Assembly (NCBI GenBank): GCA_036149055.1 | Contig: JAYZQJ010000125.1 | Coordinates: 1 to 64,000 of the forward strand | Length of the DNA: 64,000 nt | Source of the DNA: Myxococcota bacterium | GTDB taxonomy: Bacteria; Myxococcota_A; Polyangia; Polyangiales; Sandaracinaceae | Direction: 5' to 3' | Part shown: positions 1-14,532 of the stretch, in pieces | Numbering within the stretch: the stretch's first letter is position 1 | Layout: each line of letters opens with the position of its first letter | The notes under the pieces: model-generated | The model's input: the letters and a program-made list of their open reading frames with translations, nothing else | Databases searched by the model: none | What the model was told of the DNA's origin: nothing | Program-made: the position numbers and the translations under genes

Positions 1-23
1 TAAGCTGCGGGTCCTCCGAATTA

Positions 24-163
24 CTCGCGCAAAGACGCGAAGACGCAAAGGGACACGCGGCCGCGGGATGGTGCCTCGCCACCACCCACCGACCGGAACC
101 CGCCGGCCAGCCGCCACCCCGCCGCCAACCCCACCCCTTGGCGGCCTTGCGCCTTTGCGAGAG
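24..163. repeat. REP/REPIN-like imperfect inverted repeat pair
   Basis: ctcgcgcaaagacgcgaagacgcaaag (24-50) pairs with cttggcggccttgcgcctttgcgagag (137-163) at 21/27 positions; intergenic, just past the 3' end of the dioxygenase gene. Confidence 0.55.
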
Positions 164-189
164 CCAATTCCTTGCCCGATCTCGAGCGA

Positions 190-888
190 TCAGACGATCA
201 GCCGAGCCCGGGCGAGCCGCCCGTCCACGCCTCCGACCCGCGCTGGCTCGGTCGGCATCACTCGCGCCGCGTCGTCCGAGAAGCAGGTGGGTGGGCCGCA
301 GCTGTCCGCCTCGCCCAGGTAGGGGTCGCCCTCGAAGTAGAGCTGCGTGATCAGCCGATCGGCGCCGGCCGGATCGTAGACGCGCACGTGCAGGTGGGCC
401 GGGCGCAGGCCGCCGCCGGTCGCGTAGCGCCCGGGCACGATCGTCTCGAAGCGGAAGCCTCCGTCCGCGCCGGTGACCACGCGCCCCCGCAGCCGATGCC
501 CGGGTCCGCTGTGGTAGTTGCCCTCGGCGTCGGCCTGCCAGACGTCGAGCACGTACCCCTCGAGCCCCCGATCGCAGCGCGCCGCCGACCGCAGCGTGCC
601 CTCGACGAGCAGGCGCTCCCCGGGCTCGCCGGCCTCCGCGAGCATCATGCGCGCGGGTGACCCGTCCTCGAAGAACGGCCCGAGCGCGTCCGCCTGGCTC
701 GGCTGACAGCCGCCGCCGTCGACGTCGCCGAGCGCAGCGTCACCGAGCGCAGCATCACCGGGGTCGGCGCCCCCATCCAGTCCCCCGTCCATCCCCGAGG
801 GTGAACCCGCGCACCCGTGGAGCGCGATCCCGAACGGAGCCGCCGCGAGGAGCCGCAGCGCGCCGCGGCGAGCGATCAGTCGAGCCAT
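190..888 (-). CDS. Intradiol ring-cleavage dioxygenase-like protein, probable Tat-exported lipoprotein
   Basis: Motifs GPFF, DVWQADAEGNY, FETIVPGRY, RPAHLH, LITQLYF; N-terminus ARRGAL...LHGC; GGAGG SD before ATG 888. Confidence 0.85.
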   Translation of the reverse strand: MARLIARRGALRLLAAAPFGIALHGCAGSPSGMDGGLDGGADPGDAALGDAALGDVDGGGCQPSQADALGPFFEDGSPARMMLAEAGEPGERLLVEGTLRSAARCDRGLEGYVLDVWQADAEGNYHSGPGHRLRGRVVTGADGGFRFETIVPGRYATGGGLRPAHLHVRVYDPAGADRLITQLYFEGDPYLGEADSCGPPTCFSDDAARVMPTEPARVGGVDGRLARARLIV

Positions 889-1013
889 GTGAAGCCTCCC
901 ATCTCGACCGCAGCTTGCCCGCGGCCGGCGCCCCGCGCCCATCGTGACGCACGATAGCCGCGATAGACCACCCCCATGGAGACGGCGCTTCAGCGGGCGC
1001 GTACCCTCGCCGT

Positions 1014-1805
1014 GTGGAGTCGTCATGCGCCGCATGCATCGCCTGCTTCGTTGCGCTGATCGCCGGCTGCGGAGCGTCGCCGGACCTTCGCCGTCACGGC
1101 GAGGCGTTCGGGGGGCGAACGCTGCCGGCCGAGCGTCCATCCGCGGCCGAGATCGAGGACGCGGTCGCGGCGGGCCAGAGCCTCGAGCCCGTCTCCCGCG
1201 CCGAGGCCGAGCGGCGCGTGGCGAACGGGCTCGAGTGGCTCCGCGTCTCCGGCTGGCTCGACCGGCTGAGCGGTGACGCGTGCGCGCCGCGAGCGGTCGA
1301 GGTCGCGCGTGACGAGGGCGATCTCATCGGAACGCTGCCCGAGAGGGTGTCGCCCCCGGGGTGCGATGAGGCGCGGGAGGTCGTCCGCGCGCTCGGCGGG
1401 GTGCGCGACCGCCTCGAGCGCGCCCCCTTTCCTGGCGCGGTCGCGCCCCTCCGGGCGGCGATCGCGGAGCTCGCCGGCCCCTGTCCGGCGACCGAACCCG
1501 ATCCGATCGAGCGCGCGGCCCGGAGGTATGTCTGGGAGCTCGCCCTCCTCGGCGCGCCGGGGTGCCCGAGCGGGGGTTGGTGCGCGACGGATCGGGTGCG
1601 CGTCGGTCCCGCCGCGCCGCTCGGGACGAGCGGGCTCGGCGACCAGCCCGGGTGGACGCGCGGCGCGGTGCCCGAGGGCTTCTCCGATCCCCGGGTCGTG
1701 GAGGTCGTGACGCTCGGCCGACACGCGGCCGAGATCTTCACGCTCCTGGTCGCGCGGCTGGGCGAGGAGCTCCGGGTGGTCAGGGCCCGAGAGGGGGCCA
1801 GGTAG
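1014..1805 (+). CDS. Hypothetical lipoprotein
   Basis: Hydrophobic stretch plus ALIAGC lipobox; GC3-rich frame; TACCCT -10-like hexamer 6 nt before GTG. Confidence 0.6.
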   Translation: MESSCAACIACFVALIAGCGASPDLRRHGEAFGGRTLPAERPSAAEIEDAVAAGQSLEPVSRAEAERRVANGLEWLRVSGWLDRLSGDACAPRAVEVARDEGDLIGTLPERVSPPGCDEAREVVRALGGVRDRLERAPFPGAVAPLRAAIAELAGPCPATEPDPIERAARRYVWELALLGAPGCPSGGWCATDRVRVGPAAPLGTSGLGDQPGWTRGAVPEGFSDPRVVEVVTLGRHAAEIFTLLVARLGEELRVVRAREGAR

Positions 1806-1832
1806 ACTTCCACTACGCCCGGTGAGCTCCCG

Positions 1833-2651
1833 TCACTCGTAAGGCGGGAACTTCGGGACGTCGTCGGGGATGGGCCACTGGTCGCCCCAGATGGACTGGC
1901 CGCCGTCGATGTAGAAGCTCTGGCCGGTGATGAAGTCGGCGTAGGTCGAGGCGAGGTAGACGATGAGGTGGCTGACCTCGTCGGCGTGGCCGAGCCGGTG
2001 GAGCGGGGTCATCTTCACCGCGTTCTCGAGCAGCTCCGGGGGGTACTGCTTGGTGCCGGTGGTCTTGATGACGCCGGGCGCGACCGCGTTCACGCGCACG
2101 CCGAATTGCGCCCACTCGACGGCGAGGCTCTTGGTGAGGTTGTCGACGCCCGCGCGCGCCGCGCCGGTGTGGGCCATGCCCGGGAAGCCGCGCGCGACCT
2201 GCGCGATCACGTTGACGATGCGGCCGCGACGCTGCGGGATGAGGAAGGTGTTGGCGACCGCGTGCGTGAAGTTGAAGGTGCCGAGCAGGTTGTTCTTCAC
2301 CACCGCGGCGAAGCCCTTCGGGCTGATGTGCTGCGCCGGCGAGGGGAACTGGCCGCCCGCGTTGTTGACCAGGATGTCGACCCGGCCGAACGCCTCCTTC
2401 ACGCCCTCGAGGTAGGCGGCGATCGAGTCCGGGTCGCGGATGTCGGCGGTGCCGTGGTGCGCGGTGATCCCCTCGGCCTCGAGCGACGCGGCCGCCTCGG
2501 CGAGCGGCTCGGGCCGCCGCCCGCAGATGGCCACCTTCGCGCCGAGCGAGCCGAGCTCCCGGGCGACCGCGAGCCCGATGCCCGTGCCGCCGCCGGTCAC
2601 GATGGCCGTCTGTCCGTCGAACAATCCCGCCCTGAAGACCTGATCCGCCAA
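1833..2651 (-). CDS. SDR family oxidoreductase (trans-2-enoyl-CoA reductase/citronellol dehydrogenase-like)
   Basis: TGGGTGIG, NNAGGQF, HTGAARAGV, VRVNAVAPG, IDGG; TTG start with GGAGG SD. Confidence 0.9.
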   Translation of the reverse strand: MADQVFRAGLFDGQTAIVTGGGTGIGLAVARELGSLGAKVAICGRRPEPLAEAAASLEAEGITAHHGTADIRDPDSIAAYLEGVKEAFGRVDILVNNAGGQFPSPAQHISPKGFAAVVKNNLLGTFNFTHAVANTFLIPQRRGRIVNVIAQVARGFPGMAHTGAARAGVDNLTKSLAVEWAQFGVRVNAVAPGVIKTTGTKQYPPELLENAVKMTPLHRLGHADEVSHLIVYLASTYADFITGQSFYIDGGQSIWGDQWPIPDDVPKFPPYE

Positions 2652-2695
2652 AGCTCGCCTCCGGCAGGGCGTATAGCACGGGGTAAGCTGCGGCC

Positions 2696-4114
2696 GTGAT
2701 CGAGGCCGAGCCGCTGCCGTCGTGGCCGATCGCCCGGGACGCCTGGCGGACCGTCCGCGCGCACCCCGTGGTCGCGACCGCGCTCGGCGCGGCGGTGCTG
2801 CTGTCGATGGCCTCGATGCTGTTCGGGATCGGGATCCTCGTGACGCCCTGGTTCGTCTGCGAGATCTTCGCCTTCCAGCTCGCGGTGCTCGCCGGGATCC
2901 CGCCGCGACGCGACCAGGCCTGGTTCCGGGCCGGCTTCCTCGTGCTCTGCGTGGTCGGCGTCGTCGCGTCGGCCACCTGGCTGGCGGCGCTGATCATCGG
3001 CCCCGACGTCGCCACCGCCGACCGCGCGCTCGCCCCGCTGCCGCGCGGGGAGGCGCTCGAGCGGGCCGGCCTCATCGCCGCCGTGACCCTGCTCGCCGTC
3101 GGCTTCATCGCCCCGTTCGTGTACGCGCCGCTCATCCTGATCGAGCGGGGCACGACCATCGGCGCCGCCGTGCTGGAGAGCGCCTGGCTGGTGCGCCGCG
3201 GCGGGCTGCTCCGGCACTGGGGCCTCGCCTTCGTCGCCCACCTGCTGCCGATCGCCCCCGCGCTCATCGCCGCGGTGGTGGTGGCCCGCACCTTCGAGCG
3301 CGCGGCCACGCCCTACGGAGTGCTGATCGGGCTGCCGCTCGTGCCGCTGACCATCCCCCTCGGTCAGGGGCTCGTGAGCGCGGCCTACGCGCAGCGCCGG
3401 CACCTGCTCGCCGTGCCCCGGTGGACCCGCGCCGAGGGGCGGCCGCCGCGCGCCCTCGTCGCGACGCTGATCGCGCTGGTGGTGGCGCCGATGGCGAGCG
3501 TGGCGCTGCTGACGCTGACCGCGCTGCGACCGGCGCCGCCCCTCCCCGGAGAGGATCAGCCGCTGGAGGGAGAGGTGCTGCTCGACGGGCGGGTGCCCGA
3601 GGGCGAGAACCGCACCTTCCACGTGCCCGGCACCACGCTCGAGATCCGCACCGACGGCAAGCGGGTCGGCGTGCGCGCGGGGGACGGCGGCGGCGCGGGC
3701 GCGCTCCCGTCGGCGTGGCGGGGCGCGGTCGAGCGGGTCCAGGTGCGGCGGACCCGGGACGCCTACCGGGTGCGGCTCCGGGCGGACGACGGCTGGTGGT
3801 CGGTGATCGTGGACCGGGCGGCGACGCGCACCGACGACACGATCTCGCACCGGCTCGAGGCGCGCCTGCCCGGGTTCACCTGGCCCGCGGTCGGTCTGAG
3901 CTTCCTGCTGAGCGCGCTGCTGCTCGCCCGCGCGCTCGAGCCGCTCGGCGAGATCCGCCGCGCGTTCGGCGCCCCCGCGACCGAGCGCCCTCCCCTGCCG
4001 GAGCTCCGCGCGGCCCGCCAGCGCGCGCTGCGGACCGCGTGGACCGTCGCCGCCGCGCTCGCCGGGCCGGCGGCCCTGGCGGTCCTGGGCGGGGTGGTCG
4101 CGCTCACCCGATGA
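2696..4114 (+). CDS. Multi-pass membrane protein, hypothetical
   Basis: Many hydrophobic segments and one soluble beta-rich domain; GC3-rich. Confidence 0.75.
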   Translation: MIEAEPLPSWPIARDAWRTVRAHPVVATALGAAVLLSMASMLFGIGILVTPWFVCEIFAFQLAVLAGIPPRRDQAWFRAGFLVLCVVGVVASATWLAALIIGPDVATADRALAPLPRGEALERAGLIAAVTLLAVGFIAPFVYAPLILIERGTTIGAAVLESAWLVRRGGLLRHWGLAFVAHLLPIAPALIAAVVVARTFERAATPYGVLIGLPLVPLTIPLGQGLVSAAYAQRRHLLAVPRWTRAEGRPPRALVATLIALVVAPMASVALLTLTALRPAPPLPGEDQPLEGEVLLDGRVPEGENRTFHVPGTTLEIRTDGKRVGVRAGDGGGAGALPSAWRGAVERVQVRRTRDAYRVRLRADDGWWSVIVDRAATRTDDTISHRLEARLPGFTWPAVGLSFLLSALLLARALEPLGEIRRAFGAPATERPPLPELRAARQRALRTAWTVAAALAGPAALAVLGGVVALTR

Positions 4115-4466
4115 AGCGCGCCGCGAGATCCAGGATGTCCTGCACCTCGAAGGGCTTCTCGACGGTGGCCACCGCGCCGCAGCGCTCGGCCACCTCCCGG
4201 CGCGCCAGCGACGCGGTGACGAAGACCAGCGGCGGCGTGGCCTCCTGGAGATCGGCCCGCAGCGCGAGCCCGAACGCCTCGCCGTCCATGCGCGGCATCA
4301 TCAGGTCGGCGAAGACCAGGGCGGGCGCCTCGCGCCGCGCCGCCTCCAGCGCCTCCCGCGCGTCGGTGAAGGCGACCACGCGCCGACGGTCGTGCTCGAG
4401 CACGCGGGTGATCAACCGAACGATCTCGACGTCGTCGTCGAGGACGAGGATCGGACCTCCGGCCAC
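4104..4466 (-). CDS. Single-domain response regulator (CheY-like)
   Basis: ILVLDDD, FADLMMPRMDG, FVTAS, EKPF; start reassigned to GTG 4466. Confidence 0.88.
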   Translation of the reverse strand: MAGGPILVLDDDVEIVRLITRVLEHDRRRVVAFTDAREALEAARREAPALVFADLMMPRMDGEAFGLALRADLQEATPPLVFVTASLARREVAERCGAVATVEKPFEVQDILDLAARFIG

Positions 4467-4558
4467 ACGTTCACGGTAGCACCCGCTTCCCCGCAAGGCG
4501 ATTGGTCGGCGCGCGCTCCCCTGGTGACGGGGGCGACGGGCGCGTATGCTCCGCGCCC

Positions 4559-8042
<3,484 letters not shown>

Positions 8043-8045
8043 CGC

Positions 8046-9188
8046 TCACCGCTCGACCGGCGTGACGCGGCCGCAGCACTCGATGGTGTCGGCCGCGCGC
8101 TCGCTGCAGGTAGTGACCGCGTGCACGTCCATGCGGCCCGCGATCGGCGTGGCGTGAGGCCGAGCGCGCGGCACGCGGGTGCCGTCGTAGAGCTCGCCGT
8201 AGCGATTCTCGCCCCAGCAGAGGGTCTGGCCACGAGTGACGGCGCAGGTGTGACGCCCGGCGTGGACCGAGGTCACGTCCGTCAGCCCCGCCACCGAGGC
8301 GGGCGTGAGCCGGTCGACCGTGGTCCCGTCCCCGAGCTGTCCGTAGCGGTTGCTCCCCCAGCAACTCAGCGTGCCATCGTTCATCAACGCGCAGGTGTGA
8401 GCGTCTCCCGTCGCGATCGCGACCGCCGGACGGTCGAGGGGGACGCGCACCGGCGCGAGGGCGCGCTCGCGGCTCCCGTCGCCGAGCTGCCCGGCGTCGT
8501 TCCCACCCCAGCAGTGAACGGCGCCGTCGCGGTCCAGGCCGCACGCGTGCTGATAGCCCGCGTCGATCTGGACGAGACGCGAGAGCCCGTCGAGCCGCGC
8601 CTGGACACCGCCCGCCCCGGCGCCCCAGCAGCGCGCTCGTCCCCGCGCATCGAGCGCGCAGGCCAGAGCAGCACCGCTCGCGACGTCCACCGCGTCGTGG
8701 AGCCCCGGTACGGGCTCCGGCGTGGTGGACGCCGCGACGCCAGCGCCGCTCCCGGGTCGCGGCCCCGCCCCGAGTCCGCCCCAGCAGGCCACGCTCCCAT
8801 CCGAGCGCACAGCGCAAGTGAAGCCGCCTCCGGCGCTGACGCGGCGCGCGTCGGAGAGGCCGGACACGTCGACCCAGCCGCGGCTGCTGGTGCGACTGCC
8901 GTCACCGAGCTGTCCCCCCTCGCCGCTCCCCCAGCAACGCACGCGGCCATCGACGCCGAGCGCGCACACGTGATTGGCGCCCACCGACAGCTGCGTGGTG
9001 TCGACCGGCGCGACCCAGGTCGCGCACCCGGCGAGGTCGCTGTCGTCTCGGTTCGACGCGCGCTCGCCTCCACCGTCCACGATCACGCGCTCTCGCTCCG
9101 GCGGCTCCTCGGGTGGGTGCGACCGCGTGCACCCTCCGGCGAGGAGCATCCCCATCACCACGAACCTCGACCTCCTGCTGTCTCTCAT
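8046..9188 (-). CDS. RCC1/BLIP-II repeat lipoprotein
   Basis: Repeated G..HxCAL..DG.V.CWG.N..GQLGDG units; LLAGGC lipobox; GGAGG SD before ATG 9188. Confidence 0.88.
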   Translation of the reverse strand: MRDSRRSRFVVMGMLLAGGCTRSHPPEEPPERERVIVDGGGERASNRDDSDLAGCATWVAPVDTTQLSVGANHVCALGVDGRVRCWGSGEGGQLGDGSRTSSRGWVDVSGLSDARRVSAGGGFTCAVRSDGSVACWGGLGAGPRPGSGAGVAASTTPEPVPGLHDAVDVASGAALACALDARGRARCWGAGAGGVQARLDGLSRLVQIDAGYQHACGLDRDGAVHCWGGNDAGQLGDGSRERALAPVRVPLDRPAVAIATGDAHTCALMNDGTLSCWGSNRYGQLGDGTTVDRLTPASVAGLTDVTSVHAGRHTCAVTRGQTLCWGENRYGELYDGTRVPRARPHATPIAGRMDVHAVTTCSERAADTIECCGRVTPVER

Positions 9189-9244
9189 CGGCACCTCCCG
9201 AGCGCGTCGCTCGAGCTGGCGGTGCCCGACGAGCCGGGAGCGTT

Positions 9245-9568
9245 TCAGGTTCGTTGGCGTCGAGCGGGAGTCGTCTCGACCTCTCGCGTGGTCGAGCCGA
9301 GGACAGGCGCGGGAGCAGAGGGAGCCGTTCGCGCGACCGGTACGCTGGCGGAGACGCGGCGCCGGGGACGCTGCTCGGCCTGGTCCTCGTCCCCCGCCTC
9401 GACGTCGCACCCCTCGCCGCGGTAGCCGCCGCAGCGGACGTGCCCGGCGTCGGCGCGCTGCGTCAGGCCGGGCTGGTAGCTGGCGACCAGCGGCATGGCG
9501 GCGCCGAGCGCGAGCAGGAAGGTGTAGAGGGCCATCGTGAGAGCCTGGCTGCGGTGCGTCCTCGTCAT
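9245..9568 (-). CDS. Small secreted/membrane hypothetical protein
   Basis: Hydrophobic segment MALYTFLLALGAAMPLVA; lies directly behind a sigma54-like promoter; start could be 9536. Confidence 0.5.
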   Translation of the reverse strand: MTRTHRSQALTMALYTFLLALGAAMPLVASYQPGLTQRADAGHVRCGGYRGEGCDVEAGDEDQAEQRPRRRVSASVPVARTAPSAPAPVLGSTTREVETTPARRQRT

Positions 9569-9583
9569 CGTGAGCCCTCTCTG

Positions 9584-9599
9584 AGCAGGCGCCGTGCCA
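9584..9599 (-). promoter_or_regulatory. Putative sigma54 (-24/-12) promoter
   Basis: TGGCACGGCGCCTGCT on minus strand, correct GG-N10-GC spacing; adjacent to a sigma54 activator gene. Confidence 0.7.
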
Positions 9600-9698
9600 G
9601 GGCGCTCGCCTACCGAGATCACTCACGTTTTCGGGAGCCGGCGTCACGCTCCGCCGGGATCGTTACGCTCGATCGGCCGGGGATCGTAACAGCGGGTG

Positions 9699-11024
<1,326 letters not shown>

Positions 11025-11186
11025 GACAGGCGAGGTTGCCCGAATCCCGGGGCCAGTGCCACCGGGGCACGCGATGGCACACCGAGATCGGCCTCTGCGG
11101 CGACCCGCGCGGTGGCACGCCTCGTGAAACCCCGTGCGGGTGTTGGAAAGAGGCGGCCCGCGGGACGACCTCGGGGAGAGGTGAGC

Positions 11187-11918
11187 ATGCGATTCGTGTG
11201 GGCGGTGGGTTTGATCGGGCTGCTGGGCTGCGCGCCGACCGGCAGCGCGCCGGCGGCGACCTCGGCGCAAGCGGACATCGCCCAGTCGCTGCGACGCCAG
11301 CTCGCCGGGCACCTCGAGCGCGCGCGCGGCTGCTTCGGCGAGGCGCGCCTCCGGGACCCGAACGCGAGCGGCCTCGTCCGCCTCGGCTTCACCATCGAGC
11401 CCGACGGGCGCGTCGACGACGTCGCGGTCGAGGCGTGGTCGCGCGACGAGGCGATGCTCGCGGCGTGCGTCCGGAGCCGGATCGGCAGCCTCTACTTCGA
11501 CCCCGCGCCCCCGACCGAGCCGGTCCGCGTGGAGCGCACCTTCTATTTCTGCCCCGACGAGCAGGGCGGGCTCTGCCGGCTGGGCGGCGCGCGGCCGCTG
11601 GACGCGGAGGCGGACGACGCGCTCCTCGCCCGGATCGACGCCGGCCTGAGCGCGCGCGACGAGCAGCTCGAGGCCTGCGCCCGTGAGGTCGGCGGCCGCC
11701 CCGCGGTGCTCGACGTGCGCCTCGAGGTCGGGACCGACGGCCGGGTGATGGCCGGCCAGCTCAGGGACAGCTTCCCGAGCGCCACCGGCCTGCGACGGTG
11801 CGCGGTGGGCCCGCTGCTCGGCGCCCGCATCGAAGGCGAGCTGCCCGCCGAGCGCATGCACGTCCGCTACGTGTATCGCCTGGGCGCGGTCGGCGACGTG
11901 CGCAGCGCCCGTCGTTGA
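11187..11918 (+). CDS. Lipoprotein with two AgmX/PglI-type (TonB-C-like) domains
   Basis: GLLGC lipobox; CF..ARLRDPNASGLVRLGFTIEPDGRV...CV; a second similar domain follows. Confidence 0.75.
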   Translation: MRFVWAVGLIGLLGCAPTGSAPAATSAQADIAQSLRRQLAGHLERARGCFGEARLRDPNASGLVRLGFTIEPDGRVDDVAVEAWSRDEAMLAACVRSRIGSLYFDPAPPTEPVRVERTFYFCPDEQGGLCRLGGARPLDAEADDALLARIDAGLSARDEQLEACAREVGGRPAVLDVRLEVGTDGRVMAGQLRDSFPSATGLRRCAVGPLLGARIEGELPAERMHVRYVYRLGAVGDVRSARR

Positions 11919-12054
11919 GCCACACCCAGTCCGTGCAGATCGTCCGCAAGCATCGGCGCGTGATCCTGTTCCTGTTCTCGCTCCTCGCGCTGCTCGGGAT
12001 CACCTACGGATTTCTGAGGCGCGTGGGCATCGATCCTCTGCGTATGCTCCTGGG

Positions 12055-13527
12055 GTGAGCCGCAGGCTGAAGATCGGGAGCGGGCTCGGGGTCCTCGCGC
12101 TGGGCGCCGCGCTCTTCGTGCCCGGGCCGACCCCCGACGTGGATCCGCCGCCCCATCATCCCTTCGTCTGGGGCCAGGACGATCTCTGGGCCCGGCTGGA
12201 GGCGCGCTTCGACGCCGCGCGCGAGCGAGGCTGCGCGTCGAGCGACCCCGCGATCGAGGCGGGGCTCGCGGGGCTGGACGACACGCTGGCCGGGATCGAA
12301 GGCGCCGAGCTCGGCCCGGCGGACGCGCGCTGGGACACGCTCGAGGCGCAGCTCTTCGAGGTCGCGCCCCTGCTCGGCGCCTGCCCCGCGCGCGTGCCCG
12401 CGCTGCTCGAGCGCGCGAGCCGGATGCGGCGCGCGGTGAAGGACCAGAGCGTCCGGTGGGACGTGCGCGGCGACCGGGAGGCGCGCGACACCCTCTATCG
12501 CCTGCTCTACGGGGCGCGCGCGGCGGTCGAGGAGCTGCTCCTGCAGATGCCGGAGGGGGAGGCGCCCTCGGTGACCCACGGGGTGGCCGAGCCCTCCGAG
12601 GCCCCGTCCTTCACCTACCGCGGCGTCACCCTCCACAGCGGCGACGTGCTGCTCTCGCGAGGGGGCGCGCCGACCAGCGCGCTGATCGCCCGCGGCAACG
12701 ACTACCCCGGCAACTTCTCGCACGTCGCCTTGCTCCACGTCAGCGAGGACGGAACCCCCACCGTCGTCGAGTCGCACATCGAGAGCGGGGTCGGCGCGTT
12801 CACCGCGGAGCGCTACCTCGAGGACACGAAGCTGCGGATCCTGGTCCTGCGCCTGCGCGCCGATCATCCGGCGCTCGAGGGCGATCCCGGCCTCCCGCAC
12901 CGGGCGGCGACCGCGCAGCTCGAGGCGGCGCGCGCCGGGCACATCCCGTACGACTTCGCGATGGACTACGGCGATCCCTCGGAGATGTTCTGCTCCGAGG
13001 TCGCGTCGGCCGCCTACGCGCGCGAGGGCGTGGAGCTGTGGCGCGGGCTCTCCACCCTCGGCGGCGAGGGCCTGAGCCGCTGGCTGGGCGCGGTCGGCGT
13101 GCGGCACTTCGAGACCCAGGCGCCGAGCGACCTCGAGTACGACCCGCAGATGCGCGTGGTCGCCGAGTACCGCGACCCGGAGACGCTGTTCTCGGACCAC
13201 GTGGACAACGCCATCCTCGACGTGCTGCTCGAGGGCGCCGAGGCCGGCGAGGAGCTCGAGGTCGACGTCGCGCGGCTCCCGCTCGCCCGCCTCGCCAAGG
13301 CCTACAGCTGGGTCCTGAACCGCTTCGGCGCGGTCGGCCCGATCCCCGAGAACATGAGCGCGGCCACCGGGCTGCGGGTCGAGTCGCTCCGGCAGCGGCA
13401 CGCCGCGGTGCGCGAGGGGCTCGACCGGCGGATCGCCGACTACCGCGAGACGCACGGGCGACGCCCGCCCTACTGGACGCTGGTCCGCCTGGCGCGCGAG
13501 TCGAAGGCAGCGCTCTCCGGCAACTGA
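12055..13527 (+). CDS. YiiX/YebB-like permuted NlpC/P60 cysteine amidase
   Basis: SGDVLLSRG, FSHVALL, PYDFAMD, MFCSEVA (His before Cys, permuted papain-like); N-terminal anchor. Confidence 0.8.
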   Translation: MSRRLKIGSGLGVLALGAALFVPGPTPDVDPPPHHPFVWGQDDLWARLEARFDAARERGCASSDPAIEAGLAGLDDTLAGIEGAELGPADARWDTLEAQLFEVAPLLGACPARVPALLERASRMRRAVKDQSVRWDVRGDREARDTLYRLLYGARAAVEELLLQMPEGEAPSVTHGVAEPSEAPSFTYRGVTLHSGDVLLSRGGAPTSALIARGNDYPGNFSHVALLHVSEDGTPTVVESHIESGVGAFTAERYLEDTKLRILVLRLRADHPALEGDPGLPHRAATAQLEAARAGHIPYDFAMDYGDPSEMFCSEVASAAYAREGVELWRGLSTLGGEGLSRWLGAVGVRHFETQAPSDLEYDPQMRVVAEYRDPETLFSDHVDNAILDVLLEGAEAGEELEVDVARLPLARLAKAYSWVLNRFGAVGPIPENMSAATGLRVESLRQRHAAVREGLDRRIADYRETHGRRPPYWTLVRLARESKAALSGN

Positions 13528-13762
13528 AGACGCGGCTACCATTGCTGCAGCTTCCACGCGCGTCAGCGCGCGAGATGGGGTGGGAGCACCTGGGTGATCG
13601 CTCGCTTCAGTCTGGCTTCGTCATCGAGGCGGTCGACGTCCGGGACTCGTGGAGGACGCCCCGACGGCACGCTCGGCAGCTTGCGTGGCCCTCACCGGAC
13701 GACGCGAACGTCTCGGAGGCATCGCTCCCGGAAGGTGAAGCGCGCCTTCTTCTGCCGGCCGG

Positions 13763-14461
13763 TCAGGCGCGGTACAGGAAGACGCGTAGCCGGGTCAGGG
13801 GAGCCAGCTCGGCCAGTCGCTCGAAGGCTTCCGCCCGGTCCGCGCCCAGGATCTCGACCACGCTGCTCTCCCAGGTCACTGGCACCGGGCGGTGCGGCGG
13901 GGCGCTCTCCCATAGATGACGCGCGCGACCGCTTCGCTGGTCGATCGCAGCCGAGACCTGCGCGGCCACGCGCTCCAGCTCGTCGACCTCCCGTGGGCTG
14001 CCCAGGCGCGCCACGAGCGCCTGGCGGGGAAGAGGGCGTCGACCGTCTCCGAACAGATCCGCCGCGGACGCCCGCACCTCTCCCCCGAGCAGCAGCCGCG
14101 TCTCCCGCCAGCACTCGATGAGGAGGTCCGAAGCGTCGATCCAGCGGGCGCCGATCTCTTTCGCCCACCCCGCGCCGAGGCGCTCGCCGTAGTGCCGACA
14201 GAACGTCGACCGCTCCGCGTCCGGGGGCGCCCCGGCGCGCATCCCGACCACGCTGCCCTCCCCGCCCTCGACCCGACCGGTGAAGAGCTCGACCGCGCAC
14301 CGGCGGGAGCGCGGCAGCCAGGTGAGCTGCGCCCGCCACGGCGGCGAGTGGCGCCGAGGGTCCCGCAGCGCCTTCGGCGGGGCCCAGCCCTCCTCGCGAC
14401 GCTCCTCGACGGCGAAGTACCAATCGACGCCCACCCTCTCACTGTATCGCGGGTCTGCCAC
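13763..14461 (-). CDS. Hypothetical protein
   Basis: Best frame in the gap (aromatic-rich, ends LRVFLYRA); start uncertain. Confidence 0.5.
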   Translation of the reverse strand: MADPRYSERVGVDWYFAVEERREEGWAPPKALRDPRRHSPPWRAQLTWLPRSRRCAVELFTGRVEGGEGSVVGMRAGAPPDAERSTFCRHYGERLGAGWAKEIGARWIDASDLLIECWRETRLLLGGEVRASAADLFGDGRRPLPRQALVARLGSPREVDELERVAAQVSAAIDQRSGRARHLWESAPPHRPVPVTWESSVVEILGADRAEAFERLAELAPLTRLRVFLYRA

Positions 14462-14532
14462 GCTGCTGAACGAGCAGCCTACCCAGGCCGCGCGGTCGGC
14501 GACTCGAGGCTCCGGGTGTATGCTGTCGCGGG

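Noticed and set aside
660..690. Apparent loss of an iron-ligand Tyr in the dioxygenase (GPFF)
   Set aside because: The ligands correspond to GNY, PGRY and HLH, all of which are present
11113..11128. Sigma54-like TGGCACGCCTCGTGAA upstream of the AgmX-like gene
   Set aside because: The -12 element is GA rather than GC; too weak to call
11933..12058. 41-aa hydrophobic ORF (VQIVRKHRRVILFLFSLLALLGITYG...)
   Set aside because: Could be a real small membrane protein, but it has no SD or recognisable family and its 3' end holds the apparent -10 of the next gene; not supportable
13528..13762. Possible ORF or ncRNA after the YiiX-like gene
   Set aside because: No convincing codon bias, motif or structure
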